DNA from: Leucoraja erinacea
Lineage: Eukaryota
DNA length: 64,000 nt
Assembly (NCBI RefSeq): GCF_028641065.1
Contig: NC_073394.1
Coordinates: forward strand, 41,478,001-41,542,000
Direction: 5' to 3'
The stretch's first letter is position 1. Every line of letters begins with the position of its first letter. A program made the translations under genes and the position numbers. The notes below the pieces were generated by a model, which did no database searches, was not told the DNA's origin, and saw nothing but the letters and a program-made list of their open reading frames with translations. This document shows, piece after piece, positions 63,003 to 64,000 of the stretch.

Positions 63003-63390
63003 GGCCCAGTGCGAGGTGGGTTGGCCAGGTGCGGCGGCGAGGTGGGTGGGCCCCAGTGCGGATGCTAGGTGGATAGGCCCCAGTGCAGATGCGAGGTGGG
63101 TGGGCCCCAGTGCGGATGCGAGTTGGCGGGTGGATGGGCCCCAGTGCGGATGCGAGGTGGATGGGCCCCAGTGCGGATGCGAGGTGGATGGGCCCCAGTG
63201 CGGATGCGAGGTGGATAGGCCCCAGTGCGGATGTGAGGTGGATAGGCCCCAGTGCGGATGTGAGGTGGATAGGCCCCAGTGTGGATGCGAGGTGGATAGG
63301 CCCCAGTGCGGATGTGAGGTGGATAGGCCCCAGTGCGGATGTGAGGTGGATGGGCCCCAGTGCAGATGCGAGGTGGCTGGGCCCCCAGGT
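63003..63390. repeat. 27-bp minisatellite ggccccagtgcggatgygaggtggatr
   Basis: More than 10 tandem copies. Confidence 0.95.
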
Positions 63391-64000
63391 GCAGCAACGA
63401 GGTTCGGCGGGGGAAAAGGGTTAAATAAAGTACATACCTTATGCTTTGTCCTGCACTTACAATGATCCAAGGATCTGTGGAGCAAATTCCTCTCCACAAC
63501 GAATATAAACCTCACCTGCATTTTAATCCCTCCCCTTCATCGGAATCGCAAACACAGCGCCACCGATGGTAGGTTTTGTAACAATGCCACTGTCTCAAAA
63601 GTTTTATACACCTTGGTGGAGTGAGCAGAGGCCCCCTAGATCTCGAGGCCCTGAGCTTAAGCTTGTCTAGCTTATACGTAAATCCGGCCCTGGTCGGAGG
63701 GGAACGCTTGTAGAGCGGGCTGCGTCTTCCTCCAATCCGGGCGTACATGGATGACATTGATGAAGCCGAGTTTTAGTTAAAAATATAAGAAGATATTAAA
63801 TTGGTTTCTGGGCTAGCTTACAGCTTATATTTAGTGTCAAATTAGGCTTTCCTCAGGTTGCGGGGTGTGTGAGATAACATTGTCTCCCAAGTGAAGGAGC
63901 TAGAGATATCTTTGAAGTAGAGATCAAATGACCAATGTTTATGGGGAGGAGGCAATAAAGGAAGAAGAGGAATAGCCAGTCACACCTTTGTAAACAGATG

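Larger units (their letters stand above)
60536..63692. mobile_element. hAT-like non-autonomous element carrying a Penelope insertion and a minisatellite
   Basis: TIRs CAGGGCCGGATTTA / TAAATCCGGCCCTG, 8-bp TSD GTTGGAGG/GTCGGAGG. It splits a LINE RT fragment. Confidence 0.8.
60340..63760 (+). mobile_element. Hero/R2-like LINE RT fragment split by the hAT element (60340-60535 and 63693-63760)
   Basis: GIMAGCTISPLVFTMAMELII...RWVVGG|ERL...LPPIRAYMDD is continuous across the insertion. Confidence 0.7.

Noticed and set aside
62739-63521. Repetitive ORFs on both strands
   Set aside because: Translations of a 27-bp minisatellite inside a transposon.

Overview
Repeat-rich vertebrate DNA, probably from a cartilaginous fish such as a skate (inferred from the CR1/Penelope/SINE content). 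It contains one well-supported protein-coding gene on the + strand (11107-38991): 10 coding exons, all joined in phase 1 by GT-AG introns, giving about 975 aa. The N-terminal part is B7-H6/NCR3LG1-like (signal peptide, IgV, IgC1, transmembrane helix). Six more C1-set Ig exons follow the TM, so they are predicted to be cytoplasmic, and four of the six have lost one canonical disulfide cysteine. A tandem IRF-E/ISRE lies about 150 bp upstream of the ATG, and a second ISRE with a GC box lies at ~47.5 kb. The rest is mostly transposable elements: many CR1 LINEs (one near full length), Penelope-like pieces with hammerhead-ribozyme cores, Rex1/Babar and Hero-like fragments, a decayed Gypsy, non-autonomous Helitrons (including head-to-tail junctions), hAT/Tc-Mar/Harbinger MITEs, and a P-element-like MITE that carries an apparent excision footprint. 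All homology calls are by eye; no database searches were run.
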